Shown piece by piece: positions 43,957-54,189 of a stretch of 64,000 nt of DNA. Within the stretch, counting starts at the first letter, position 1. Every line of letters begins with the position of its first letter. The stretch is from Phycisphaerae bacterium (GTDB taxonomy: Bacteria; Planctomycetota; Phycisphaerae; UBA1845; Fen-1342), in contig CAXXWX010000023.1 of assembly GCA_963675745.2 (NCBI GenBank), forward strand, positions 197,761 to 261,760, read 5' to 3'. The notes beneath the pieces are model-generated. The model did no database searches and was not told where the DNA came from. It worked only from the letters and a program-made list of their open reading frames with translations. The position numbers were made by a program, and so were the translations under genes.

Positions 43957-45183
43957 GTGGCCGCACCCCAACTCGAACGCCTGACGCCCGATGAAACCGA
44001 GGCGCTTCGGGTGTTGTACCGATTCTCGCACGACCCCTTTCGGACGGTGCATAACGCCGGGTTGCGTCCATACGTTGGGGACCTTCTCATAATGTCCGGG
44101 GTTGGACTGGGACCGCCACGTCCGGGGAACCGCCATCCGCGCATTGACCCAGTACCCTCTTACCTTGTGGACGCCGTCCTGCTCGCGCCACCATTCGTTG
44201 AGAGTCTGGGGATCGTGCGGTGCGATGGCGATGCACCCACCCCACCGCCTCGGACCACGTCAGATGATTGCCATCGCTGGGTTGAGACCTTGGCGGATTT
44301 GGGGGTTGTGAGTCGATGCGCGGCGCAGGCCACCTGGCCGACGGGCCGATTCTGGTTGGATGGCGACCTTGTGGCGAGTGTCCGAATCTTCCGCAAGCCG
44401 ATGGCAGTCGGAGGGGGGGGGACGACCGACTCCAGACCTGACACGGACGCGGACGGCCCCGCTATGTTCTCGTTTCTGCATCGCGTTGAGAACATTCGTG
44501 CTGTGAGGCAACAAGAGGCCGACTGCTTCAACATCTACGCCGGCACGCGGAATCAATGGCTCACCGTGCTTCACCGTGTGGCCCAGCACATCGCTGCCCC
44601 CCTGCTCACTAAGACCTTGGCGGCTCCGCTCGCGAACGACAACGACGATGGCAATTGGGTGACGCGCGAAATCAGAGGGACCGGGGCGTCAGACGAACTG
44701 CGCGCAGTTGTCGCCCGGTTTCCGGATGCCACAGAGGTGCTCGCAGAAACGGCGTCTGACTGTCTGCGACTCGTGCTGCAAGAGGATTCGTTTAACACAA
44801 CGAACCCGCTCACGAGCTACCGCTACGACCATCCTGAGGACTGGCCGCGTTGGTATCGAATCAGCGATGACGCCCTGCCGGCGGTGCGCGAACTGATCGG
44901 CGTCAGCAAAGGGCGCGATGAGACATCCGAGACAGTCTCGCGCATCGAGGCTTTCTTGCGTGCAGAACAGACCAGCGGCAGTGAATTGACCAAACCCGCG
45001 CAGGCCCTATTGAACGCGATGCAGAGTTGCCCCAAGCGCGTTCCCACTGAATGCGACCCATCCGGCGTACGGCGGCTGCGCACACGCTTGGTTTCTGCAA
45101 TACCTGAGGCGATGGACTGGTTTGACATCACCAAGGGCGGCAAGCTCGAATCACACATGGTTCGTTTCATCGAGAACGGCTGA
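43957..45183 (+). CDS. Hypothetical protein
   Basis: 408-aa ORF, first gene inside the att site; no motif recognised and no integrase RHRY residues. Confidence 0.55.
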   Translation: MAAPQLERLTPDETEALRVLYRFSHDPFRTVHNAGLRPYVGDLLIMSGVGLGPPRPGNRHPRIDPVPSYLVDAVLLAPPFVESLGIVRCDGDAPTPPPRTTSDDCHRWVETLADLGVVSRCAAQATWPTGRFWLDGDLVASVRIFRKPMAVGGGGTTDSRPDTDADGPAMFSFLHRVENIRAVRQQEADCFNIYAGTRNQWLTVLHRVAQHIAAPLLTKTLAAPLANDNDDGNWVTREIRGTGASDELRAVVARFPDATEVLAETASDCLRLVLQEDSFNTTNPLTSYRYDHPEDWPRWYRISDDALPAVRELIGVSKGRDETSETVSRIEAFLRAEQTSGSELTKPAQALLNAMQSCPKRVPTECDPSGVRRLRTRLVSAIPEAMDWFDITKGGKLESHMVRFIENG

Positions 45184-45195
45184 AGACGCCAAGAA

Positions 45196-45326
45196 TCACA
45201 CTTCCCAGGGGGCAAATCACACTAGCTTGGGCACGCTCCTCGTGGCGAAAACCGGGCGCAATTCTCGCCGCTACATGGGGTTACCGTTTTCTCACACTTT
45301 GATTTGACTCGCCTCACAATCACACT
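45196..45326 (+). repeat. Four direct TCACACT repeats (putative operators)
   Basis: TCACACT at 45196, 45217, 45292 and 45320; three are AATCACACT. Confidence 0.75.
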
Positions 45327-45366
45327 TTGCCTTCAAGACAGTCTAGCACTGCGTTAGGAGCAAACA

Positions 45367-45600
45367 ATGACTGTCTTCTCAATCACTGACATCGCCGCGC
45401 GGCTCACGCGGGTGACGGGTGCTTATGTCACACCGGGCCGCGTCAGCACGGCGCTGACTCGGCTGATTGCGTCCGGCGAAATCCCCGATCGGCGGGCCGG
45501 TGGCTGCCGGGTCGTGCTGGAAGGTGAATTGCCGATCATTGATGGCGAGTTCGGCGTTACTCAAGCAATGGTTACGGCTGCGGGGGGCGTGAATGTGTGA
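45367..45600 (+). CDS. Small putative HTH DNA-binding protein
   Basis: AGGAG RBS; FSITDIAARL..RVSTAL..GEIP excisionase-like pattern; overlaps the next gene. Confidence 0.6.
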   Translation: MTVFSITDIAARLTRVTGAYVTPGRVSTALTRLIASGEIPDRRAGGCRVVLEGELPIIDGEFGVTQAMVTAAGGVNV

Positions 45601-45817
45601 GCCGCTGCTCGTGACCGATAACGACGCGGCGAGGATGTGCGGCCGCGCGCCTCGAAGCTGGCAGCGTGATCGGGCGGCCGGCCGAATCGGCCCCACGCCG
45701 GTACGACTGGGCGGGCGCGTGCTTTGGGCCGTGTCTGATCTTGTGGAGTGGGTCGCGCGGCCGACGCGAGGCGGTGAACTTCTGACCCGAGCTGAGTGGG
45801 TCGCGCTGAAGCGGTAA
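45593..45817 (+). CDS. AlpA/excisionase-family HTH protein
   Basis: AARMCG..RSWQR..AAGRIGPTPVRLGGRVLWAVSDLVEW. Confidence 0.75.
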   Translation: MCEPLLVTDNDAARMCGRAPRSWQRDRAAGRIGPTPVRLGGRVLWAVSDLVEWVARPTRGGELLTRAEWVALKR

Positions 45818-45822
45818 CCATT

Positions 45823-48171
45823 ATGGTCACGGACAACACGTTCCGGGAAGTGACAGCCGCCAAGCGTTGCCCGATATGCGGGAAACCCGACTGGTGCCGA
45901 GTGAATGACACCGGGGCTGTTGAATGTCATCGCGAGTCTGATGCGGCTGTGGGCGCGTGGGTCAACGGATATGAACTGACGGCGCGCACCAAGGGGTGCC
46001 ACTACGGTATGTTCCGCCAGCCCCGGGGCGCAGCAAACTCGCCGCGTCACAATGGCAACGCCACGCCACCGATTCCAGCAACGCCGAACACATCGAGCAA
46101 GACGCGGAAGGCGTACCCCACCGAAGCTGCTGCATTGCGAGGCGCGGCAGCCAGTATCGCCAAGAAAAAGGGCGTGGCGTTCGCTGACGTCCAGCACGTA
46201 CACACGTGGACCTTTCGCAATCGTGACGGCTCTGAGTCGTTCCGCATCGCGCGATTCAACATCCTGGGCTGCAAAGACTACCGCCCGATACACCGCAATG
46301 GAGAAGGTTGGCTCGTCAGCGACCCGGAAGGCAAGTTGCCTCTCTATCGTCTGGATGAACTGGACCTCACGCGGCGCCTACATCTTTGTGAGGGAGAGAA
46401 ATGCGCCGACATCCTGCGCGGCCTCGGGCTGAACGCAACAACGTGGGCACACGGTGCGAGCGCTATCCGGAAAACGGACTGGTCGGTATTGAACGGCTGT
46501 CCCGAGGTCGTGTATCAGCACGACAACGACCCTGCCGGTGCGACCTCTATCGCGAAGCTAACGGAAGCGCTGAGCGGTATCGACACCCCGCCACAGTTGG
46601 CCGTAATCGACTTGAAGACCCTAGTGCCTGATCTACCGGCAAAGGGTGATATCGAACAGGCTGTGAAAGCGCTCGGCACGCAAACGTCAGAAGACATCGC
46701 GGCTGCCCTGGACGCGCTGGCCGATGGCGCTGGCTTTGTAGATGTGACTGCGAGTGAAGCCACATTCGACGCAAGGCCAGAGTCACAGCCGGGACCGATA
46801 CCAGAGTCGCGCAACGCGGCAACGGTTACAGCACCGGCCCCGGACTTCCCGTACACCGATCTCGGCAACGCCGAGCGCCTCGCGCACGAGCACGGCGCCG
46901 ACCTCCGATACACGGCAAGCCACAAATGGCTGGTGTATGATGAGGTCCGGTGGAAGCGCGATAAGACCGGTGAGGTACGGCGGCGCTTCACGGATACGGT
47001 CCGCGGCATGTACAAACAGGCTGCGGCGATTAACGACGCTGACCAGCGCAAGGCACTGGTCAGCCATGCACGTGGCTGTGAGTCCCTGCACCGTGTCAAG
47101 GCCGCCGTCGAACTGTGCCAGAGTCACGCCGATGTTGCCACTACCATCGAGGCGTTCGATGCGGACCCGTGGTTACTCAATACGTTGACCGGCGTCATCG
47201 ACCTGAAGACCGGCTACTTACGGCCGCATCGGCGCGAAGACCTGATGATGAAGCTGGCACCGGTTGAGTACACACCCGATGCCAAGTGCGCACGGTGGGA
47301 TAGGTTCCTTCGTGAGATATTCGATTGTGACGTGACCTTGATCGACTATGCGCAGCGCGCCGTAGGCTACGCTGTGACCGGCGTCGTCCGCGAGAACATA
47401 GCGCATTTCCTGTATGGGGCTGGCGCGAATGGGAAGTCAACGTTTTTAGACGTGCTGTCATTTGCACTCGGCGACTACGCACGAACAGCACCACCGAAAC
47501 TACTGATACAGCGCACCAACGACGCGCACCCAACAGAGTTGGCCACACTACACGGCACCCGTTTTGTCACGTCCGTCGAGACCGGCGAACGTCGCGTACT
47601 CGACGAGGAACGACTGAAGCAGTTGACCGGCAAGGACCGTATCAGTTGCCGATACATGCGCGCCGATTTCTTCGAGTTCGAGCCAACGCACACGCTGTTC
47701 CTGTGTACGAACCACAAGCCAATAATCCAGGGTACCGACCACGCCATCTGGCGGCGCATCGCGCTGTGGCCGTTTACCGTGCAGATTCCCGATAGAGACC
47801 AAGACCCCGACCTGGCGGATAAGTTGAAGCGCGAGGCGCCTGGCATACTCGCATGGGTGGTGCGAGGCTGTCTGGAATGGCGGCGGCGCGGCGAGAAACT
47901 CGAGGCACCCGAGTGTGTATTAGACGCGACAGCCAAATATCGAACAGACTCTGACCTTGTCGGCGACTGGCTGGACACCTGTTGTCTAACTGGTGACGAA
48001 TGGGTCACAGAACGCAAAACCTTGTATCGGTCGTATTCAGCGTGGGCCACCGAGTCCGGCATCACGCCTATGTCGAATATCGCCTTTGGTCGCATGTTGG
48101 GTGAACGCGGGTATCGACAGGAACGACGGGGCGGCACGACGGTTCACCACGGATTGTGGGTGCGACCGTGA
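45823..48171 (+). CDS. Phage/plasmid P4-family primase-helicase
   Basis: Zn finger CPICGKPDWC, TOPRIM CEGEK/DND, D5_N YTDLGNAERL, SF3 Walker A GAGANGKS, TNHKP, IWRRI. Confidence 0.92.
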   Translation: MVTDNTFREVTAAKRCPICGKPDWCRVNDTGAVECHRESDAAVGAWVNGYELTARTKGCHYGMFRQPRGAANSPRHNGNATPPIPATPNTSSKTRKAYPTEAAALRGAAASIAKKKGVAFADVQHVHTWTFRNRDGSESFRIARFNILGCKDYRPIHRNGEGWLVSDPEGKLPLYRLDELDLTRRLHLCEGEKCADILRGLGLNATTWAHGASAIRKTDWSVLNGCPEVVYQHDNDPAGATSIAKLTEALSGIDTPPQLAVIDLKTLVPDLPAKGDIEQAVKALGTQTSEDIAAALDALADGAGFVDVTASEATFDARPESQPGPIPESRNAATVTAPAPDFPYTDLGNAERLAHEHGADLRYTASHKWLVYDEVRWKRDKTGEVRRRFTDTVRGMYKQAAAINDADQRKALVSHARGCESLHRVKAAVELCQSHADVATTIEAFDADPWLLNTLTGVIDLKTGYLRPHRREDLMMKLAPVEYTPDAKCARWDRFLREIFDCDVTLIDYAQRAVGYAVTGVVRENIAHFLYGAGANGKSTFLDVLSFALGDYARTAPPKLLIQRTNDAHPTELATLHGTRFVTSVETGERRVLDEERLKQLTGKDRISCRYMRADFFEFEPTHTLFLCTNHKPIIQGTDHAIWRRIALWPFTVQIPDRDQDPDLADKLKREAPGILAWVVRGCLEWRRRGEKLEAPECVLDATAKYRTDSDLVGDWLDTCCLTGDEWVTERKTLYRSYSAWATESGITPMSNIAFGRMLGERGYRQERRGGTTVHHGLWVRP

Positions 48172-48178
48172 CTCACCG

Positions 48179-48280
48179 TCATGCAGCTTATGCAGGAATG
48201 CAAGATCTCCGTATAAGCCTACATGAGAAGAATCTAGTACGGTTAACCTGGAATTGCCAAAGGCTGCATAACTTGCATGA
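48179..48280. other. Putative replication origin with inverted ATGCA iterons
   Basis: TCATGCAGCTTATGCAG (48179-95) and CTGCATAACTTGCATGA (48264-80) form a 15/17 inverted repeat around an AT-richer core, directly after the primase stop. Confidence 0.65.
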
Positions 48281-48598
48281 CAATCGCCATTCCGGGGCCA
48301 GAAACGCCGATTCTCGGAGATTCTTCGAGCATGCATGATATGCAACCGTGCGCGGGGAGAAGATCAGGCTGCCGCCAATGACGCGGGTGACGGCCGATCT
48401 GCCTGGCCGGGTCTGCGAGTGCAATGCTGATCTCTCGTGGCTCGCCAACCGTGAGTGCGGCTGAGCATTTGCCGCTGATCGCGAAGATTTCATCTGAGAA
48501 CTAATCACTCACCGTCGCCCGTCGACGATCAGCTCGACAAGAATCGATATCGGCGGTGCGACTGTCAGCTCTCGCCCGCAACCGCTGGTGGCCGTGAC

Positions 48599-51583
48599 CT
48601 ACGGCGACTCGATGCGGAAGATGAACAATCCGTTATCGCCGGCAGCGAGGTAAAGGTGGCCATCCGAAATCGTGAAGTTGCTTGTACGTCCCACCGAGTC
48701 CAGACCGCCGACTCGGATCGGGCGGCTCGGATCGCTCAGGTCCAACACCGTCATGGTCGTGCGCAACCCGTTCGGGTCCAGCAAGAAGGCGCGTGATCCC
48801 GAGATTACGACTCTAGAGATGCCGGAATCGTCATCATCGTACTCTGCCGTGCGCATGGGCGTAGCGGGATCTGACACGTCGACGATCTCCAAGCCACCTG
48901 ACCAGATTGCCACGCACAGATGATGCCCCATCAGGTCGAGCCCCATCGCATCCGTATCGGTGTCGTAGCTCGACACCTGGCGCATACTACTGTAATCGGA
49001 TACGTCGATGATCCTGACAGTCTTCCTATCACTGACGTAAGCATAGTCACCGAGTGTTGCCCGTACGGTTCCGTTGACCGACGCCAAGGTGCCGACCTGC
49101 CGCAGGTCATCGGAAATGTCTGGCTCGATGACCATGAGGCCTTCGACGTCGCTGCTCGTAAATACTGTGTCGCCGGCAAGGCTCAGTCCCTCCAACCCAC
49201 CCGCGGCTCTAAACTCTGTCACCGGGATAACAGTTGTCGGCTGATAGATGCGAAACAGACCCAGCCGCCGACCATATCTGACATAGACTCGTGAGTTGCT
49301 GAGGGCAATCTGTTTCGCATATGCGATGCCCGCGTCGATCGTGATGTTTGCCTTGAATTCGGGGCTGGCAGGGTTGCGTACGTCAATCACCTGCAATGCC
49401 TGATCGTCGTAGTCGCCGTCGGCAACGTAGGCATAGCCGTCCTTGATCGCCACGTCGATTGCGTAGCTGCCCGTCACGACGTGTCCAACTTGCTCCAGTC
49501 GGACACGTGGCGGGAGGACGCGCACATGAACACTATCAGATTGCACATGTCCCACGGCGTCGCGCACCTCCAGCGTATAGATCGTCGATGTTGACGGCTG
49601 TACCGGGGGCGATGTCGTGGTGGATGACCAGCCCGATGAATCGGACCACTCGTATCGATAGGGGGGTGTCCCACCGGTGACATCTGGCGTTAATATCGTC
49701 GACTCACCGCAGTGGATTGTGCCCGGCGCCGCAGCTGCCTCGACGGCAAGTTGACCATCTTCAATGCGCAGCACATGCAGGCTCGACCCGGTCAGATAGA
49801 TAGTCCGGTCGACCAGCGCAACGTCTTGGAATTGCGACGGCGGGTCAATTTGGTATACGCCTACGCCGCGCGGATTCGCTGGATCCGAGATATCTATCAC
49901 TTCGGCGCGCGCGTATACGCTGTAGGGATCACTGATCACTGAGCCCAAGTTGCCGGGCCAGTCGATCAGTGTGATCACGGCGTAATCTCCGTCCACCGCG
50001 ACCCCGTCAATGATACCACTAGGACGCCATGCAGACACAAACATCGGCGCCGTCGGATCGGAAACGTCATAGATCTCCAGGCCACGAGCCCACCCATTGG
50101 CGGCGTAGAGATACCGTCCAGAGACGGCGACGTCATGGCACTCGATCTGGTCACCACGTGATTCAATGGTCGCGACTTCCCTTGCCGTGATCGGATTGGA
50201 GATGTCGAGGACACGGATACCCCACACCGCAGCCGCCACATATGCATACGCGCCCTGTGTCACGATTCGCTGCGCCAACTGATTGTCTAATTCGATCGTG
50301 TAAACGTGTATCGGTGAGCATGGATCGCGCAGTTCGATCACATCAACGCCATGGGTGTGCGTGGCATACGCATACGCGCCAGATACCGCTAGATCGTTAC
50401 ACCGACCATCAAGCGTCAGGGTAGTGACGTGCAGGGGGTAGAGCGGACGTCGGATGTCCAGGACCTCAAGGGTGTTGTCATTGATGACGTAGGCATAATA
50501 CCCGCTGATGCAGACATTGCTGAAGGGTCCATAAATCGCTGGATAGTAATGGTGAAGCAGGGCTGGGGATTCCGGACGTGAGACATCGATGGTCTTGATG
50601 CCCATTCCTTGTGTGATGTACGCGTAGCCATTCAAGCCGGGCCAGTCCGGCACGGTGATTCGAGTGGAGCCGTATTCCTCTAGCATCGCCAAGCAGCTGA
50701 CGGGCATCGTGGTTGCGGCGATATCCGCGACCACGTCGACTGCGATGGTAGCGTTTGATGCCATGTCATTGCCGTCGCGTACAGTTAGCTTGATCTCATA
50801 GCGTCCGGCGCTGTGCAGCGTGGCGGATAGCGTGGCCGAGTCGCGGCCCTCATAGAAGGCGACTGGATCGGCCATCTCAGCCTGTGCCCATTTCGGGTCC
50901 CAATCATAAGAGTATGGTAATGTTCCCCCCGTCACAGAAGCCGCGATGGTGACAACGCTCCCGGAACGCACACTGCTGGCGGACGCCGTGAGGGCGACCG
51001 CCAGTTGTTCCGGGCTGCCGTTGGCCAGGACCATCACAGCGTAAGTACCGACGTGGTCAACTAACGCGCTGACGTGGTGGTTCACGGTGTCGACCACGCT
51101 GTTGGCCACTTTGTTCCATGCGCCATCCAGTAGTTCATACATGCTCAACTCGGACTCGGTGGCCTGCTCCGGCAAAGCCGCCGGATCGTAGTGAATCTCA
51201 AGCCGCACTGGTTCGGTGAGCGCCATGTCCGATGGCCCGAGTTCGCATACCGTCCCCGTGACAAGACGAGGATCAGCAGCGTGTTGGACGGTAGGATCTA
51301 GGACGAATGTTGTCGTTGAAGCCGTAGCGTTGGCCGGAATCTCCAGACGTACCATACCGTCGGCTGTGGTGACGACCCGCTCGTTAACTGCGGGCACATC
51401 CGGCGTCGACGGTGTCGGCGTTACCGGTGCCTGAGGCTCGGCTTCATTGGTGTCCGAATTCTCCACCGGGGGAATTGGGGGTTGGGTTGGTAGTGAACAA
51501 GACATTGCAAGTATGGTGGCAACCATGCACCAGGAAACAGGAGCACCGCGCCTGCCATTGAAGTGCCTGGTGATGACTGACAT
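48599..51583 (-). CDS. LVIVD-repeat beta-propeller lipoprotein with ZU5-like and PKD-like domains
   Basis: Lipobox AMSC; many YAYVA..GLxIxDVSDP repeats; two GGTxPYxYxW Ig-like modules. Confidence 0.85.
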   Translation of the reverse strand: MSVITRHFNGRRGAPVSWCMVATILAMSCSLPTQPPIPPVENSDTNEAEPQAPVTPTPSTPDVPAVNERVVTTADGMVRLEIPANATASTTTFVLDPTVQHAADPRLVTGTVCELGPSDMALTEPVRLEIHYDPAALPEQATESELSMYELLDGAWNKVANSVVDTVNHHVSALVDHVGTYAVMVLANGSPEQLAVALTASASSVRSGSVVTIAASVTGGTLPYSYDWDPKWAQAEMADPVAFYEGRDSATLSATLHSAGRYEIKLTVRDGNDMASNATIAVDVVADIAATTMPVSCLAMLEEYGSTRITVPDWPGLNGYAYITQGMGIKTIDVSRPESPALLHHYYPAIYGPFSNVCISGYYAYVINDNTLEVLDIRRPLYPLHVTTLTLDGRCNDLAVSGAYAYATHTHGVDVIELRDPCSPIHVYTIELDNQLAQRIVTQGAYAYVAAAVWGIRVLDISNPITAREVATIESRGDQIECHDVAVSGRYLYAANGWARGLEIYDVSDPTAPMFVSAWRPSGIIDGVAVDGDYAVITLIDWPGNLGSVISDPYSVYARAEVIDISDPANPRGVGVYQIDPPSQFQDVALVDRTIYLTGSSLHVLRIEDGQLAVEAAAAPGTIHCGESTILTPDVTGGTPPYRYEWSDSSGWSSTTTSPPVQPSTSTIYTLEVRDAVGHVQSDSVHVRVLPPRVRLEQVGHVVTGSYAIDVAIKDGYAYVADGDYDDQALQVIDVRNPASPEFKANITIDAGIAYAKQIALSNSRVYVRYGRRLGLFRIYQPTTVIPVTEFRAAGGLEGLSLAGDTVFTSSDVEGLMVIEPDISDDLRQVGTLASVNGTVRATLGDYAYVSDRKTVRIIDVSDYSSMRQVSSYDTDTDAMGLDLMGHHLCVAIWSGGLEIVDVSDPATPMRTAEYDDDDSGISRVVISGSRAFLLDPNGLRTTMTVLDLSDPSRPIRVGGLDSVGRTSNFTISDGHLYLAAGDNGLFIFRIESP

Positions 51584-52014
51584 GGGCGCCTCCTTCTCCG
51601 AGATTATCCAGATAGCGGCCGCTGACCGGCCACACGGAGCAGCCTGAACGCCATCGTAACCGTTTCCAGCAGCCGCATGCAAGACAGACGCGTCCGGTTC
51701 GCATGCTGGCGACGGACAACGACTGTAACTCGCGCGTACCTAAATCGTTATTCACCCACGTGCGACACCGTCAAAGTGATGAGGGCACGCATCGCTGATC
51801 GTGATCACCGTCGAACATTAAGAAACGCAGTGCTGACGATCGCACCATCCGTAAGTGCTGCAAATACAAGGCTATACAAAGCGCCGCGCTGGCGCGAATA
51901 ACGATTTGGCCGGTTGCGAACTGCCGGCCGGTGCCCAGCGCAGACGGCAACCATGGTCTCGATCGCTTAAGCCGGTTCATTAGAGCACTCGGAGCTTCCA
52001 TCCAATACCCGCCA

Positions 52015-52110
52015 GCGGTGGATTGAACCGCAGGCGCTTCATCCGTGCAAGGATGGCCGCGAACAAGTTGCGGGACGCCGCCACCTCGGCCGTCTGGATG
52101 AACACGGACA
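52015..52110 (-). pseudogene. Probable remnant of an IS1380 transposase C-terminus
   Basis: Translates as IQTAEVAASRNLFAAILARMKRLR, resembling the FQxAEVAVPRxLFxxILxRIxxLR end of IS1380 transposases (recalled, not searched). Confidence 0.45.
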
Positions 52111-52735
52111 TAGGTAGCTGCGGTGCCGCTGAAACACCCTTACCACGACAGATAATTCGCGCCTCGATGCGTTTGGCAAGGAAGCGCGCGGCACGTTGGG
52201 ACGCCGAGTGCTGCAGCAACCCACCCAACTCATGCTGCGTATTCTTGCCGTACCGAGAGTCACGGAAATGCCGCCTGCCGTCGCCCTCACTGTCAACTGA
52301 CTATACGCCGTGGTAAGTGCCATCTGGGACATCCTGAATCAACGGTGCAATCCCTTCCAACTCTCAGATCCGAGTGGTCTCACCGTGCGCGTGTTTCCCG
52401 GATCATTCGGGAATCACGTTGCGATTTGCGCTTCCAATTCGCTTCCAATCCTCGTGCCTCAACGCCCATAGGCGAGTCCGATCGGCGCAATAGCAGCCCC
52501 GACAGCTCCTGTCGGGTGTGGCGTGGTGGGGTGCGCGCGGACACTGAGCACTCGGGCGCCCGATTCACGCGCCGCGCGCCACTCCCAGGCCCGTCGTGCA
52601 CTCGTCACTAGCACCCATTGTGCCATACGGCGCCCGTCTCTCATTAGTGCGCCGCGCGCCAATAGTAGTATTGGCCATCTGCCCGATGCGCGCAATAGTA
52701 GTGTGGGGGCGCGCAACAGATAGGAAGGTGAGACA

Positions 52736-52948
52736 ATGGATGATGAGAGCTTGCGATTGTTGAGCATGATGCGCGAGGCGCGGGCGCGCGAGTGGGCGAC
52801 CGCCCTACTAGCGGCGCGACAGGTACCCACTCCTGTGGGCGCAACACTGGACCGCATGCCGGTAGTAGTAGTGCGCATAATCCAAGGAGCAATATTGCTG
52901 GTCAGTGTGGTCAATGCGGTACTGTGCTGGGTGTCTCTCAGCGGATAG
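52736..52948 (+). CDS. Small hypothetical protein with C-terminal TM helix
   Basis: GGAAGG RBS; hydrophobic C-terminus; first gene of a co-directional cassette. Confidence 0.5.
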   Translation: MDDESLRLLSMMREARAREWATALLAARQVPTPVGATLDRMPVVVVRIIQGAILLVSVVNAVLCWVSLSG

Positions 52949-52959
52949 GAGGTATAGCA

Positions 52960-53301
52960 ATGGGCAAGCGCGTTGACGATCGCACCAACGAACAGCGCAG
53001 GACACACACTGTGCTGTATGGCGGGCGCGACACATTTATGAGCGGATGGGGTGAGTGTCGGGATGGCGTGTCCTATGCGTTCTGGGCATGCACGCCCGCG
53101 GATGCGGAGTGCGTGCGCGATTGGGTTCAGTCACGATCGGACATATCACGATTGCGACAAGTACCGCGCACGATCGGCCGCAATGATCATGTGCATATTT
53201 ACTGTGTTGGGCCGGGTCATCCGGCGCTTGGGTGCCGGAAGTGTGGGCACGCGATCGACTCGGCCTCGCACCAGAACGCACGCAAAGGGAAGACGCCATG
53301 A
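52960..53301 (+). CDS. Phage-type hypothetical protein
   Basis: AGGAGGT RBS; DTFMSGWG motif; ATGA overlap with the next gene. Confidence 0.7.
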   Translation: MGKRVDDRTNEQRRTHTVLYGGRDTFMSGWGECRDGVSYAFWACTPADAECVRDWVQSRSDISRLRQVPRTIGRNDHVHIYCVGPGHPALGCRKCGHAIDSASHQNARKGKTP

Positions 53302-54185
53302 CCACGACAGACACCATGACGCAAACAGAGCGCGTGCTTGCTGAGATGCTCACCGAGAATACTGGGCGCCACATGTGCGATAGTGGCGGGACACCACGAT
53401 ATGACGCCGATGGAAGGTACGCCGGATCAGAGCATGGGTATGGGCGCGCCTATGAGCGCAATGCTGGGCGCGAGTTTGCGGCAGAACCAGCCACAACGCT
53501 TTCATTTCGGTATTCGGATATCGAGGTTACGCACAACGTCTATCACTGGTTGCTTGAGCGCGTCGAGTACTGCGAGCGCCTCGATAACCTGTTTCAGCGA
53601 TACAGCGCACGGCAGGAAAACACCTACTACCTCGAAGATATGGAAGTGTTCCCCCAATGGCTGGCGTATCGCACAGGCGCCACGATAGACGGGCTGTACG
53701 GGGACGGTGCGCCGATGACGGTTAACACGTACAACGGTGCGGACCTCTTGTCGCAGGTGTTGCAATACGTGTTCTTTCGGATCGACGGGGAAGCACACAT
53801 TGTCCTGCAAATCCACAATGGCGCCGATGTCCGTGGCGGATATACCCGCCCGCGCGTGTTCTGTCTGTCGCAATGCTGCGACGAAGCCGACATCCTCGAC
53901 AACGCGCGCGCGTCGATCTACTGCAAGCGCAAGCAAACCGACGCACCCGGTCAGCAATTCGTAGACGGATGCGAACCCGATAGGCATCCGCACTACTGGT
54001 CAACCGATGACGCGTATCACTGGTACGCTGAGGGCGCTTGCGGGCTTGGCGCCGGCGCCCAGCTTGAGACATACGAGCGCGTCGAATCCGACAATCCAGA
54101 CGATGGGGATGGCGTACTTCGCGTCGATTCCGATGGCGTAGGCTACTGCCCGATATGCGGTGGGCGCCTCGGCGCGGGAGCATAG
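53298..54185 (+). CDS. Phage-type hypothetical protein with C-terminal CxxC
   Basis: ENTG..DSGG..YGRAYERN, NTYNG, LSQ, IHNGADVRGGYT; CPICG at the end. Confidence 0.75.
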   Translation: MTTTDTMTQTERVLAEMLTENTGRHMCDSGGTPRYDADGRYAGSEHGYGRAYERNAGREFAAEPATTLSFRYSDIEVTHNVYHWLLERVEYCERLDNLFQRYSARQENTYYLEDMEVFPQWLAYRTGATIDGLYGDGAPMTVNTYNGADLLSQVLQYVFFRIDGEAHIVLQIHNGADVRGGYTRPRVFCLSQCCDEADILDNARASIYCKRKQTDAPGQQFVDGCEPDRHPHYWSTDDAYHWYAEGACGLGAGAQLETYERVESDNPDDGDGVLRVDSDGVGYCPICGGRLGAGA

Positions 54186-54189
54186 GGCA

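Noticed and set aside
52429..52449. Tandem CGCTTCCAAT x2
   Set aside because: Only two short copies with no supporting context.
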